From the NCBI GenBank assembly GCA_963847705.1, contig CAWKBC010000014.1, positions 256,001 through 320,000 of the forward strand: DNA of 64,000 nucleotides, given 5' to 3'. The DNA is from an uncultured Pseudomonadota bacterium. GTDB lineage: Bacteria > Myxococcota_A > Polyangia > Fen-1088. The position numbers were made by a program, and so were the translations under genes. The notes beneath the pieces were generated by a model. It made no database searches and had not been told where the DNA came from. It worked only from the letters and a program-made list of their open reading frames with translations. Of this stretch, positions 1 to 9,630 are shown piece by piece (position 1 is the stretch's first letter; each line of letters starts with the position of its first letter).

Positions 1-1
1 C

Positions 2-280
2 GCCGATGCCGTCGCCGAGGCGACGCTGCTGCGGTTGCGCCCCATCTTGATGACCTCCTTCGCCTTCCTGCTGGGCATCCTGCCGCTGGTCTTCGCCAGC
101 GGCTCCGGCGCCAACGGCCGGCACTCGATGGGCACCGCGCTCTTCGGAGGTCTCTTGCTGTCGACGGTGCTGAACCTCTTCTTCACCCCGGCGCTGTATC
201 TGTTGATGCAGAACGCCCGCGCCCGGGTCGCCTCCTGGAGGCAGGCCGGCCGCCCCGCGGAACGCGCGGACTCTCTCTAG
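2..280 (+). CDS. RND efflux permease (AcrB/HAE1 type), C-terminal end only (5' partial)
   Basis: Frame reads ...LRLRPILMTSFAFLLGILPL..SGSGA..RHSMGTALFGGLL.STVLNLFFTPALY, the characteristic last two TM helices of AcrB-family permeases. Confidence 0.9.
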   Translation, partial: ADAVAEATLLRLRPILMTSFAFLLGILPLVFASGSGANGRHSMGTALFGGLLLSTVLNLFFTPALYLLMQNARARVASWRQAGRPAERADSL

Positions 281-297
281 AGAGGACTCGGGGAGAT

Positions 298-495
298 TTA
301 GCCCTTCGCGCCGGCAGGCTCGGGCAGCGCGCTCAACGAATCGAGGTACCGCACGACCCATGAGCCGCGCCCCCCCTTCCTCTTGGGGCGCGGAGGCTTC
401 GGCGGGCTCTCCCCCAGAGACGCCGTCTGATAGAGGACGCGAATCGCTTCTGCCTGGCCGTAGAGTTGTACTTCGACCGCTTTCCGAATCGACAT
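298..495 (-). CDS. small hypothetical protein
   Basis: 65-aa ORF with ATG and a purine-rich upstream sequence, filling the gap behind the permease. No recognisable motif. Confidence 0.35.
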   Translation of the reverse strand: MSIRKAVEVQLYGQAEAIRVLYQTASLGESPPKPPRPKRKGGRGSWVVRYLDSLSALPEPAGAKG

Positions 496-571
496 GGCGC
501 CTTCTACCGGATCATCGGCGGTTCAGGAAATCCCTGAACCGCCTCCGGCGCGGCGCCTGTCGTGCGGTGAC

Positions 572-2194
572 CTACTCCAGCGCCAGCGCGTGCTCCGCGT
601 GCTCCTCGTGTTCGTGTTCGTCGGTCGCCGGGACCGGGGCGACCGCGGCGAAGCGACTGCAGGCGTAAAGGACGGTGGCGACGGCGAAGTAGGCGACGAC
701 CACGGTCGGGTTCTCGAAGGCGCCGACCTCCTCGCCGTGCATGAGACCGAGGAAGGTCAGGACGCCGCCCGCGGCCGCAAAGCCGGCCGCCTTGGAGAAC
801 TGCCGATCGATGATGAACGTCGTGGTGGCCCCCAGGATGACGCCCGCCAGGATCGACCCACCGCCCAGGATCGAGAGGCCGTGGTACATGATGCCGACCT
901 TCTGGAGCTGGGCGATCATGTCGGGCGTGACCACGTGAATGTTGGAGATGGCGCCGAGCGAGTTGTCGATCTGCAACTTCCCCCAGGCGGCCAGCGACGG
1001 GAACAGCGCGATGACCACCGCCGGCGCATGGCGGCGCGGCGTCTCCTGGAACGCCTGCGAGCCAATCAGCATGCCGATGTAGAGCAAGATGGGTGAGATC
1101 GCCACCACCGGGATCAACGCGGTCATCAGCGAGATGATGCCGAACCAGGAGAGGATGATGACCATGACCCCCGTGGCGGCGGAGTACCCGATGCGCCCGC
1201 CCATGGCCTTCCAGCCGGGATGCCCGATGTACACGGCGTTGATGTAGGGGTTGCCCATCAGGCAGCCGATGAGGCTCACCACGCCGTCCGCGGTCAGGAC
1301 GCGCGTGGTCGGATACTCGTCGCCGGCGGCCGAGGCGCTGACCACGTTGTCCATCGCTTCCACGAGGTCGTAGATGCCGAAGGGGATGGCGGTGACGAGA
1401 ATGATTTTTAGAAACGACCAGTGCAGCCCGCCGAGGACCAGCCCGATGACGGGGTGGGGGACGGAGAAGCCGAAGGTCTGGAAGGATCCCTTGAGCGCTT
1501 CGGCGCTCATCCCGCCGAAGTGCAGACCGAACAGATTGGAGCCCCAGGCGATCAAGGTGCCGGCGGCGATCGCCACCAGGCCGGCGGGGATTCCGCCGAA
1601 CTTCACGCCGCCGAACCAGCTGACGAGAATGATCGCGAAGCAGACGATCCCGACCATCGGGGTCAGGAACATCTCCAGCGCGGGCTTCATGGAGATGAAG
1701 GTGATGGAGACGCCGGCCAGGGCACCGAGGAGCGCGGCCTTCGGGGTGATCCGTCGGATGATGGGGGCAATGAAACCGCCCGCCATCAAGACGAAGCTCT
1801 GAATGAACACCCAGGTCAGCCCGGCTTGCCAACCCTTCATGGGGTCACCGGTGGCGAGCTTGACCGGGAGCATGATGACCAGCGTGACGATGAACATGTG
1901 CGGCACGCTGATCCCGGAGGGGAGTGCGCAGACGTCGGTGCGGCCCGTCTTCTTCGCCAGGCGATAGGCGAGCGACGCGTAGTAGAAGGTGCTCAAACAC
2001 ATCATGAGCCCCGAGGCGGGCAGGATGCGCTTGAAGACCAGCTCGTCTGGCATCTGCAGGACGAACCTCAAGAGCGCGCTGAGCGTCAGCAGGTTCACCA
2101 GAATGTTGGTGCCGAAGCCGAAGAAGGCGTTCCAGTCGCCCGGCACCCAGAGCTTGGGTTTACCGAGCATTCCAGTGGTGGGTGCCGAGGTCAT
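572..2194 (-). CDS. NCS2/AzgA-like xanthine/uracil/vitamin C-type permease
   Basis: 540 aa with many TM helices. Motifs WVPGDWNAFFGFGTN, DVCALPSG.SVPHMF and AVYIGHPGWKAMGGRIGYS. GGAGGA RBS upstream. Confidence 0.85.
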   Translation of the reverse strand: MTSAPTTGMLGKPKLWVPGDWNAFFGFGTNILVNLLTLSALLRFVLQMPDELVFKRILPASGLMMCLSTFYYASLAYRLAKKTGRTDVCALPSGISVPHMFIVTLVIMLPVKLATGDPMKGWQAGLTWVFIQSFVLMAGGFIAPIIRRITPKAALLGALAGVSITFISMKPALEMFLTPMVGIVCFAIILVSWFGGVKFGGIPAGLVAIAAGTLIAWGSNLFGLHFGGMSAEALKGSFQTFGFSVPHPVIGLVLGGLHWSFLKIILVTAIPFGIYDLVEAMDNVVSASAAGDEYPTTRVLTADGVVSLIGCLMGNPYINAVYIGHPGWKAMGGRIGYSAATGVMVIILSWFGIISLMTALIPVVAISPILLYIGMLIGSQAFQETPRRHAPAVVIALFPSLAAWGKLQIDNSLGAISNIHVVTPDMIAQLQKVGIMYHGLSILGGGSILAGVILGATTTFIIDRQFSKAAGFAAAGGVLTFLGLMHGEEVGAFENPTVVVAYFAVATVLYACSRFAAVAPVPATDEHEHEEHAEHALALE

Positions 2195-2469
2195 CTTGAG
2201 TCCTCCATGCCTCGAACACTATCCAGCGGACCCACGGTCGGACGCATTTCGAGGTTAAATGGATTCCAAGCGATTGTTTCTGACCGTCGACAACGACGGT
2301 CCGCCGATGTTTCCAATCGTAGGACGGTTCTATTTCGAAACCCGCAACGCCGCAGAATGACGGCGGCGGGAAATCCGCCAGGCGCTGAGGTCGCCGCCGA
2401 CCGTCAGCGTCGCGCTCCCTCTCGGGCACGACTTGCGATTTCGTTCCCTGCTTGCGAAGGTGAGGCCGC

Positions 2470-3357
2470 ATGAACCGGATGTCCGCGCCCCGAGTCGTTC
2501 CTGTCGTCGCGCTCGCGCTCACCCTCCAGGCCCTCGGTTGCAGGAACGCGCCCGATCCGGCGTTCACGCAGCTCGCCGAGGCCCGCCACCTGGCCGACGA
2601 TCTGCGGGTCCAGCTGGCCAAGGCCTCGAACGCGTCCGATCGTGCGGTCATGGCCGACACCGACGAGGAGTCGGCCACCTTCGCCCACGAGGCCCAGCAG
2701 GCGACGGGCGCGATCGAGAGCGGGTCGGCCGCGCTCTCGACCCGGCTGCAGAGTCTCGGCTACGCCCCCGAGCTCCACGCGCTGCAGGACTTCACCGATC
2801 GCTTCGCGGCCTACCGCACGCTCGACCACGACGTCCTCGAGCTGGCGGTCCAGAACACCAACCTCAAGGCCCAGCGCCTCTCGTTCGGCCCCGTCCGGGA
2901 GACGGCCGACGCATTCCGGGACAGCCTGCAAGCCGCCGCGCAGCTGGCGCCGGCCAAGGATCGCTGTCGCGTCGACGCGCTCGTCGCGCGCGCCGAGCTG
3001 GCGGTGCGCGAGATCCAGATCCTGCAGGCTCCGCACATCGCGGAGCCCGACGAGGCGGCGATGACCAAGATCGAGAGCCAGATGACGGAACGTCTGGCGG
3101 CGGCGAGAGACGTGCTCAAGAGCCTCGGCGCCGGCGCGAGCACCGCGATGGCGCGGCCGCTGGCCGCGGCGAGCACAGCGCTCGATCGCTTCGACAAGCT
3201 CTCCGCCGAGCTGGTGGCACTCTCGCGGCGCAACAGCAACGTTCGCTCGCTCGCGCTGGCCCTGCGCCGCGCGCCGCAGCTGGTGGCTGCCTGCGACGGA
3301 AGCCTGGCCATCCTTCAGGAGGCGCTGGCGAAGGAGGGGTTCAGCGGGACGCGATAG
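2470..3357 (+). CDS. secreted/lipoprotein with MCP-type four-helix-bundle sensor-like domain
   Basis: Lipobox-like LQALGC, all-helical amphipathic body (DRAVMADTDEES...NTNLKAQRLSF), no TM or signalling domain. Confidence 0.7.
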   Translation: MNRMSAPRVVPVVALALTLQALGCRNAPDPAFTQLAEARHLADDLRVQLAKASNASDRAVMADTDEESATFAHEAQQATGAIESGSAALSTRLQSLGYAPELHALQDFTDRFAAYRTLDHDVLELAVQNTNLKAQRLSFGPVRETADAFRDSLQAAAQLAPAKDRCRVDALVARAELAVREIQILQAPHIAEPDEAAMTKIESQMTERLAAARDVLKSLGAGASTAMARPLAAASTALDRFDKLSAELVALSRRNSNVRSLALALRRAPQLVAACDGSLAILQEALAKEGFSGTR

Positions 3358-3507
3358 GCCGCCTCCGGGCAGCCCTGCCAGCCGGTCGGTCGCGACCGGG
3401 GCGAAAACGTTTCAATATGCAATCCCGTCCACCCCTGTTCGTTGTGTTTTGCAATGCCACCTGCGGTCTAACACCCGGCTTTTACAGTCAATTACCGTCG
3501 CAGAAAC

Positions 3508-3524
3508 AAGGCATACACATTGCG
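3508..3524 (+). promoter_or_regulatory. putative sigma54 -24/-12 promoter
   Basis: aaGGCATACACATTGCg has GG-N10-GC spacing with TTGC, about 20 bp before the ATG at 3543. Confidence 0.6.
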
Positions 3525-3542
3525 TAGGTACCATGCCTTCGC

Positions 3543-5639
3543 ATGAGTCAACCGGAGCACCTGTCGTCTGAGTCTGATGTTGCACCGACCGAACAGCCCA
3601 TACCCCCTGTCTCGGACGGCGTGCCACGCCCCACCTCGGTCACCTCGGAGATCTCCGGGGTCTACGAGGCGGATCGGTCGTTCGGCGTGCGCGTCAAGCG
3701 CGCGCTGTTCGGCAACCCGCGTGATGTGCACGACTCGCGGATCTTCCACCAGATCTCGCTGATTCCATTCCTGGCCTGGGTGGGCCTGGGCGCCGACGGG
3801 CTCTCCTCGTCGGCCTACGGCCCGGAGGAGGCGTTCCGGAACCTGCACGAGCACACCTACCTGGCCGTCGCGCTCGCCGCGGTGATGGCCATGACGGTGT
3901 TCATCATCTCGGCCGCCTACCGCGGCATCATCGAGCAGTTCCCGCACGGCGGCGGCGGCTACGTCGTCGCCACCAAGCTGCTGGGAAAGGCGGCCGGCGT
4001 CACCTCCGGCTCGGCGCTGCTGGTCGACTACATCCTCACCATCACCGTTTCGATCGCCGCCGCCGGCGACGCCATCTTCAGCTTCCTGCCGCCCGGGTGG
4101 ATCGCGCTCAAGATGCCGCTCGAGATCACCTTCATCGGCGCGCTGACCACGCTCAACCTCCGCGGGGCAAAGGAGTCGGCGATCGCGCTGGCGCCGGTCT
4201 TTCTCCTGTTCTGCGTGACCCACCTGGCGCTCATCGTGGGGGGCATCCTCGGCCACGCCCCCGAGCTGCCGGCCACCGCGCACGCCGTCACCACCGGCTT
4301 CCATCACGGCCTCGGCACGCTGGGGATGGGCGGCATGTTGCTGCTGTTCGTGCACGCCTACTCCCTGGGCGGCGGCACGTACACCGGGATCGAGGCGGTC
4401 TCCAACGGCTTGCCCATCATGCGCGAGCCGCGCGTGCAGACCGCCAAGCGGACCATGGTCTACATGGCGACGTCGCTGGCGTTCACCGCCTCGGGGCTCC
4501 TCATCTGCTACCTGCTCTGGCACATCACGCCGGAGAACGGCAAGACGATGAACGCGGTTCTGGCCGAGCGCCTGACCGCGCACCTGCCCCTGCGCGGGCT
4601 GATCGTGGTGGTGACGATGCTGTCGGAGGGGATCCTGCTGGTCGTCGCCGCGCAGGCCGGCTTCATCGACGGGCCGCGCGTTCTGGCGAACATGGCGGTC
4701 GATTCCTGGGTGCCGCGGCGGTTCGCCGCGCTGTCGGACCGACTGACCACGCACAACGGGATCGTGCTGATGGGCGCGACGTCGCTGGCCGCGCTGCTCT
4801 ACGCCAAGGGCGATGTCGGGACGCTGGTGGTCATGTACAGCATCAACGTCTTCCTGACCTTCTCGCTGTCGATGTTCGGCATGCTCCGCCACACCTGGAA
4901 GACCCGCCGCGAGACCCCGCGCTGGCACCGCAAGATGCTGCTGTTCGGCGTCGGCTTCGCGCTCTGCGCCACGATCCTGGTCATCACCGTGATGGAGAAG
5001 TTCAAGGAGGGTGGCTGGATCACCCTGCTCTGCACCGGCGCCGTCATCGGGCTCTGCTTCGTCATTCGCGGTCACTACCGCAGGGTGCGTTTCAAGTTGG
5101 CGCAGCTCTATCAGGACGTGAAGCACATCGGCGCCTCGGTCGAGCTGGCGCCGATCCCCATCACGGATCGCCGCGCGCCGACCGCGGCCGTGCTGGTGCC
5201 GAACTTCGGCGGCATCGGCATCCACACCATCCTCAACGTGTTCCGCGCCTTCCCCTCGCACTTCAAGAACCTGGTCTTCATTTCAGTCGGGGTGATCGAC
5301 TCGGGGGGTTTCAAGGGGGCTGAGGCGGTCGAGTCGCTGGAGGCGGACACGGAGGCGATGCTCAAACGGTACGGCGCCGTCGCCACCGAGCTCGGTGTCC
5401 CCTCGGACTACCGGTTCACGGTGGGCACCGACGCGGTGGCCGAGGCCGAGAAGCTCTGCCTGGCGCTGATCCGGGACTTTCCGATCGTGACGTTCTTCGC
5501 CGGCAAGGTCGTGTTCGAGCAGGAGCGCTGGTACCAGCGCTTCCTGCACAACGAGACCGCGCTCTCGATCCAGAAGCGCCTCTACTGGGCCGGCGCGACG
5601 ATGGTGGTTCTGCCCGCGCGCGTGACCGGCGCGGGCTGA
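3543..5639 (+). CDS. APC-family permease, KimA/YdaO-like K+ transporter
   Basis: GLGADGLSSSAYGPEE, FPHGGGGY and TGIEAVSNG motifs, about 12 TM helices and a soluble C-terminal domain. Confidence 0.85.
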   Translation: MSQPEHLSSESDVAPTEQPIPPVSDGVPRPTSVTSEISGVYEADRSFGVRVKRALFGNPRDVHDSRIFHQISLIPFLAWVGLGADGLSSSAYGPEEAFRNLHEHTYLAVALAAVMAMTVFIISAAYRGIIEQFPHGGGGYVVATKLLGKAAGVTSGSALLVDYILTITVSIAAAGDAIFSFLPPGWIALKMPLEITFIGALTTLNLRGAKESAIALAPVFLLFCVTHLALIVGGILGHAPELPATAHAVTTGFHHGLGTLGMGGMLLLFVHAYSLGGGTYTGIEAVSNGLPIMREPRVQTAKRTMVYMATSLAFTASGLLICYLLWHITPENGKTMNAVLAERLTAHLPLRGLIVVVTMLSEGILLVVAAQAGFIDGPRVLANMAVDSWVPRRFAALSDRLTTHNGIVLMGATSLAALLYAKGDVGTLVVMYSINVFLTFSLSMFGMLRHTWKTRRETPRWHRKMLLFGVGFALCATILVITVMEKFKEGGWITLLCTGAVIGLCFVIRGHYRRVRFKLAQLYQDVKHIGASVELAPIPITDRRAPTAAVLVPNFGGIGIHTILNVFRAFPSHFKNLVFISVGVIDSGGFKGAEAVESLEADTEAMLKRYGAVATELGVPSDYRFTVGTDAVAEAEKLCLALIRDFPIVTFFAGKVVFEQERWYQRFLHNETALSIQKRLYWAGATMVVLPARVTGAG

Positions 5640-5656
5640 ACCGCCTCGCTTCCGCG

Positions 5657-6127
5657 TCAGGCGGCGATGAGCTGGTTCGAGCCGCCCATCTCGGCCGGCA
5701 GATCCTTCTGCTTGGGGACGCCGTCGTCGAGGTGCAGCACCGCCTCCTGATAGTTGACGTGTACGCCCGCCTGGAACGGAAAGTCGGGGATGACCGCCGC
5801 GTAGACGTCGATGAGGCCCCAGTGCGGGTGCTCGGTCATGAGGTGGCCGCCGCAGGTCTTGCACCACTTCCGGTGACTGGCGGGGCTCTTGCTGAAGGCG
5901 CCGATCTGCTCGGCCCCCTTCACGACCCGGACGCTGGCCGCGGGCCAGAGGGTGAATCCGTTGACCGGGCTGGCGCTCCACAGCCGGCACGAGCTGCAAT
6001 GACAGTAGCCCATCCCGGCCGGGTCGCCGCTGACGGCGAGCTCCACCGCTCCACAGAAACAGCTGCCTCGATGGGTCTTGGTCTGGCTCGTCTTCTCACT
6101 CGTCCTGTCGCTCGTCTTCTCGCTCAT
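5657..6127 (-). CDS. GFA (Mss4-like Zn-binding) family protein
   Basis: GSCFCGAV, YCHCSSCR and WCKTCG Cys motifs. Confidence 0.9.
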   Translation of the reverse strand: MSEKTSDRTSEKTSQTKTHRGSCFCGAVELAVSGDPAGMGYCHCSSCRLWSASPVNGFTLWPAASVRVVKGAEQIGAFSKSPASHRKWCKTCGGHLMTEHPHWGLIDVYAAVIPDFPFQAGVHVNYQEAVLHLDDGVPKQKDLPAEMGGSNQLIAA

Positions 6128-6208
6128 TTGGCCCTCCTTCCAGGGTCGCTGAACAACCTACGCGAGCGGGCGATTGCTGGGACACGGCAGATCAGACACA
6201 CTCGCGTG

Positions 6209-7246
6209 GTGATCCGGCCATCTCGCAGATCTCCCGCAGCCGTCATCGACGTCACCGTCGTCCTGCTCGAGCGCGCGCTGCCTTCGACCTCCGTGGCGCC
6301 GATCGAGATCTTCAGCTGTGCCGGCGTCCTCTGGCAAACGATCCACCGCCAGCCGTTGCAGCCCCGGTTCGCCGTGCGCGCCGTGTCGCTCGACGGGGAA
6401 GCGACCAGGCACTCCATCCCCGTTCAGCTGAAACCGGAGGGGACGCTGGCCTCGGTGAAGCGGACCGACCTCATCATCGTTCCGACGGCGGAGTTCGATC
6501 TCGACGCCTCGAACCGCGCCAACGCGGTGTTGATCCCCTGGCTGCGCCGCTGGTACGGGCGCGGCGCGAGCATCGCCGGCATCTGCACCGGCGTCTCGCT
6601 GCTGGCGGAGGCCGGCCTGCTCGACGGCCGGCCCGCCACCACCCACTGGGCGATGGTCGGCGAGTTTCGGCGCCGCTATCCGCTGGTCGACTGGCAGCCG
6701 GATCGCTTCGTGACCGAGGCGGACCGAATTTTCTGCGGCGGCGGCGTCTATTCGGCCATCGATCTCAGCCTCTATCTCGTCGAGAAGTACTGCGGACACG
6801 AGGTGGCCGTCGAGACGGCCAAGGCGCTGCTCCTGGAGACACCGCGCATGTGGCAGTCCGCCTACGGCGCCTCGCCGCCGCGCTCGGGTCACGACGACGA
6901 GGAGATCCGGAGGGCGCAGGACTGGCTGTTCCGCAACTTCAAGCAGGAGGTGAGCCTCGACGACCTGGCCGCCCGGGTGGGGATGAGCCCCCGCAACTTC
7001 GCCCGCCGCTTCACCGCCGCCACCGGCGAGACGCCGCTCGGGTACCTGCACCGCCTGCGGATCGACGCCGCCCGCCACCTGCTCGAGACGCGCGGCAAGA
7101 GCATCGCGGATGTCAGTCAGGCGGTCGGCTACGACGACCTCGGCTTCTTCCGCCGCCTGTTCAAGCGCCACACGGGCACGCCGCCCCAGGCCTACCGGGC
7201 GCGCTTCGGCCCCGGGCGCGCCCGGTCCGTCGCCGGCGTCGGTTAG
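6209..7246 (+). CDS. GlxA-family transcriptional regulator (DJ-1/PfpI + AraC HTH)
   Basis: ICTG, AGLLDGRPATTHW, MSPRNFARRF and FFRRLFKRHTGTPP.YR. Divergent from the GFA gene. GTG start is approximate. Confidence 0.9.
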   Translation: MIRPSRRSPAAVIDVTVVLLERALPSTSVAPIEIFSCAGVLWQTIHRQPLQPRFAVRAVSLDGEATRHSIPVQLKPEGTLASVKRTDLIIVPTAEFDLDASNRANAVLIPWLRRWYGRGASIAGICTGVSLLAEAGLLDGRPATTHWAMVGEFRRRYPLVDWQPDRFVTEADRIFCGGGVYSAIDLSLYLVEKYCGHEVAVETAKALLLETPRMWQSAYGASPPRSGHDDEEIRRAQDWLFRNFKQEVSLDDLAARVGMSPRNFARRFTAATGETPLGYLHRLRIDAARHLLETRGKSIADVSQAVGYDDLGFFRRLFKRHTGTPPQAYRARFGPGRARSVAGVG

Positions 7247-7409
7247 GGCGCCGCGCCGACCATGCGCAGCTCCGCGACGCTGGTCCAGGCGTTGCCGCCG
7301 ACCAGCCGCGCCGCCCGATCCGCCTGTGGCGGGACGACCAGCCGCGCCCGACGCGCCCTGACCCGCGCCACCGCGGCGCTCCCCTCGCTCCGGTCTCCGC
7401 GATCGGCGA

Positions 7410-7688
7410 TCAACGTTTGGTGCTGCGCCCCTTGGGAGAGCCGAGCCGCGCGGTCTGTCGCAACCCCAGCGTCACGCCCGACTTCTGTCGATTGGCCGCC
7501 TTGCGCGTCGACTTTCGCGATGGGCGGCCCGCGGCCGTCTTCTGTTCCAGCTGAAAGCCGGCGTGCGCCGAAACGCGCGCCGCCTCATTGTGCGTACCGC
7601 GCGAAGGCCTGACCTTTTTCACCTGCGGCGTTCGCTTGGGTCCCGATCGTTCGGCCGCGCTCCGATACCGTTCTGCCTTCGTCGCCAT
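7410..7688 (-). CDS. small basic hypothetical protein
   Basis: 92-aa Lys/Arg-rich ORF (MATKAERYR...GRPSRKSTRKAANRQK) filling the intergenic gap. Confidence 0.65.
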   Translation of the reverse strand: MATKAERYRSAAERSGPKRTPQVKKVRPSRGTHNEAARVSAHAGFQLEQKTAAGRPSRKSTRKAANRQKSGVTLGLRQTARLGSPKGRSTKR

Positions 7689-7779
7689 CGGACCAAAGGT
7701 GTGTCCCGCGGTGGCTTCAGCAAGCGCACCTCTCCTCTCTTTTGCGTCGGCGATCCGGGATCGCCCTCCCCGGCGACGC

Positions 7780-8415
7780 CTAGACAGGAACGCTGTCGAA
7801 GAAGGTCACCTCGCCCGTCGACAGATCCAGCTCGCTGCCGACCACGGCCAGGCCCCCCTCGTCGGCGAGCCGCTCGATCACCTCGGACCCGTGGCGAAGG
7901 TGGTTGACCGAGGCGCGCACGTTGGCGCGCATCGCCTCGCGGTGCAGCCGCACGGAGTCGCGCACGAGATCGGTCGTCATCAGCCCCTCGATGCCCGGGC
8001 GGACGCGGTTCACGATCGACATCAGGTTGCTGGACGCCGGCCCGTGGCCAGTGATCGCCTCGATGGTGGCGTGGATGGCGCCGCACTGCGTGTGCCCCAT
8101 GACCACCACCAGCCTGGTGCCGAAGCGCTCGGCGGCGAACTCGACACTGCCGACCTGCGACGGCGCGACGATGTTCCCGGCCACCCGGATGACGAACAGG
8201 TCGCCCAGCCCCTGATCGAACACGATCTCGGCCGGAGCGCGCGAGTCGGAACAGCCGAGAATGATGGCGACCGGCTTCTGCGGCGCCTGATCGTCGCGGC
8301 GGCTGTGGCTGAGCATCGCATCGACGCTGCGGACGTTCTTGATGTAGCGGTCGTTGCCTTCTTTGAGTCGCGACAGGGCCTCGGCCGCGGGAATGATGAC
8401 GCGTTCTTCCGACAT
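7780..8415 (-). CDS. beta-class carbonic anhydrase
   Basis: GCSDSR, GDLFVIRVAGN and GHTQCGA Zn-ligand motifs. Confidence 0.95.
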   Translation of the reverse strand: MSEERVIIPAAEALSRLKEGNDRYIKNVRSVDAMLSHSRRDDQAPQKPVAIILGCSDSRAPAEIVFDQGLGDLFVIRVAGNIVAPSQVGSVEFAAERFGTRLVVVMGHTQCGAIHATIEAITGHGPASSNLMSIVNRVRPGIEGLMTTDLVRDSVRLHREAMRANVRASVNHLRHGSEVIERLADEGGLAVVGSELDLSTGEVTFFDSVPV

Positions 8416-8498
8416 GACCTTCGTATACCGCAGCTCGCGCCGGATCCGAATACCTGGATGTGCTGGCGAAATCGCGCCGCGTGTCCAGCTTCTTGGGC

Positions 8499-8741
8499 AT
8501 GCCCATCAAACCCGATGACGGCGTCCCCGAAGAGGCCACGGTCGAGCCCCGGATCGTGACGCCCGAGGAGGACGCCCTGCGTGCGGAGCGTCGGCTCGAC
8601 TGGCAAGAGCGCACGCACCTCAGGCGGTGGCCGCTTCCGAACGATGCCCTCCGCCAGCCCGGCGAGCTGTCGCCGTCCCCCGAGAGGCGCCACGAAGAGC
8701 ACGACTGGGACGAGCTGCGCCGGGAAGAGCTGCGCTACTAG
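8499..8741 (+). CDS. small acidic hypothetical protein
   Basis: ORF with GC3-biased codons directly upstream of the DUF3175 gene. Start chosen at ATG 8499. Confidence 0.5.
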   Translation: MPIKPDDGVPEEATVEPRIVTPEEDALRAERRLDWQERTHLRRWPLPNDALRQPGELSPSPERRHEEHDWDELRREELRY

Positions 8742-8768
8742 AGCGGGCAGGCACACGGGTCAAAGACG

Positions 8769-9074
8769 ATGGCCGCCGGCAAGCCGCTCAACCGCTGGTC
8801 GCAGCGGGTGACCGAGACCAGCGACGCGATGGACCTCGAACGCGGGGTCTTCAAGCAGAAGAGCCCGCGGGCGATCGCGCGCTCGGTCAAGCGTTCGGCG
8901 GAGGCGAGCACCCGCCGCAAGTCGCCGCCGTTTCGCTCGGCGATGTCGATGCTGACCTTCTACCTGAACCGCGGTGGCAAGAACCTCCCCGCCGCCGAGA
9001 AGAAGATTCTCGTGCGCGCGAAGGACGAGCTCAGGAAGCTTTATGGTCGGCCGACCCAGGCCGAAAAACGATGA
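8769..9074 (+). CDS. DUF3175 family protein
   Basis: WSQRVTETSDAMDLE.GVF...SAMSMLTFYLNRGGKNL signature. Confidence 0.85.
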   Translation: MAAGKPLNRWSQRVTETSDAMDLERGVFKQKSPRAIARSVKRSAEASTRRKSPPFRSAMSMLTFYLNRGGKNLPAAEKKILVRAKDELRKLYGRPTQAEKR

Positions 9075-9630
9075 GCGTCACCTGTCCGGTGGGCGCCCAT
9101 TCGCGGGCGAAGTTCTCCAGGCTGTTTTCGCTCAGCCCGCGAGCCGGATCGAGCGTCAGCAACCGGTGGTCGCGCCGGTCGATGGCCACGACCACCTCGT
9201 AGTGCGCCAGGGCACGCCCACCGGTCATGGGCTTGGCCAGGCCGACCAGTACCGGACGCCCGCGAGCAAGCTGGTCGAAGAGGTCGGCGAAGGTGCCTGC
9301 CACCACGAACGCTGAAAGCCCCTTGGCCCGCGCCAGGTCTCGCAGGTCGCCCGCGCGCACACCGCCGTCGCGGGGCGGATCCGCGGCGACGACCTCCGCC
9401 AGCGAGGCCGGGACGCCGAAGTGCGCGAGCACCATCGCCAGGGCCGCCGGACCGCAATCCGAATCGGATTGCTGCGCGATGAACGGAACGTCGGGCGCGA
9501 ACGTCCAGGAGGGATCGGCGGCCAGGGCCGACGCCCTCTGGGGCGAGACGGCGCGCGCGCCCCCCGTGTAGCAGCCGGAGGCTGACGCCCAGAGCAGGGC
9601 CAGCCCGAAGAGCGTGCGCGCCCGACGCAT
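9031..9630 (-). CDS. stand-alone C39-family cysteine peptidase lipoprotein (PA2778-like)
   Basis: Lipobox ASGC. Catalytic motifs QQSDSDCGPAALAM (Cys), HYEVV (His) and LDPARG. Start codon overlaps the upstream stop (TGATG). Confidence 0.88.
   Translation of the reverse strand: MRRARTLFGLALLWASASGCYTGGARAVSPQRASALAADPSWTFAPDVPFIAQQSDSDCGPAALAMVLAHFGVPASLAEVVAADPPRDGGVRAGDLRDLARAKGLSAFVVAGTFADLFDQLARGRPVLVGLAKPMTGGRALAHYEVVVAIDRRDHRLLTLDPARGLSENSLENFAREWAPTGQVTLIVFRPGSADHKAS

Noticed and set aside
2195-2469. Purine/guanidine riboswitch or sigma54 promoter in the divergent gap
   Set aside because: No recognisable aptamer consensus. GGCACGACTTGC has the wrong GG-GC spacing (8-9 rather than 10).
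3358-3542. c-di-AMP (ydaO) riboswitch upstream of the KimA-like transporter
   Set aside because: I could not recognise the conserved riboswitch motifs, and the predicted sigma54 promoter leaves too short a leader. An Infernal/Rfam scan would settle it.
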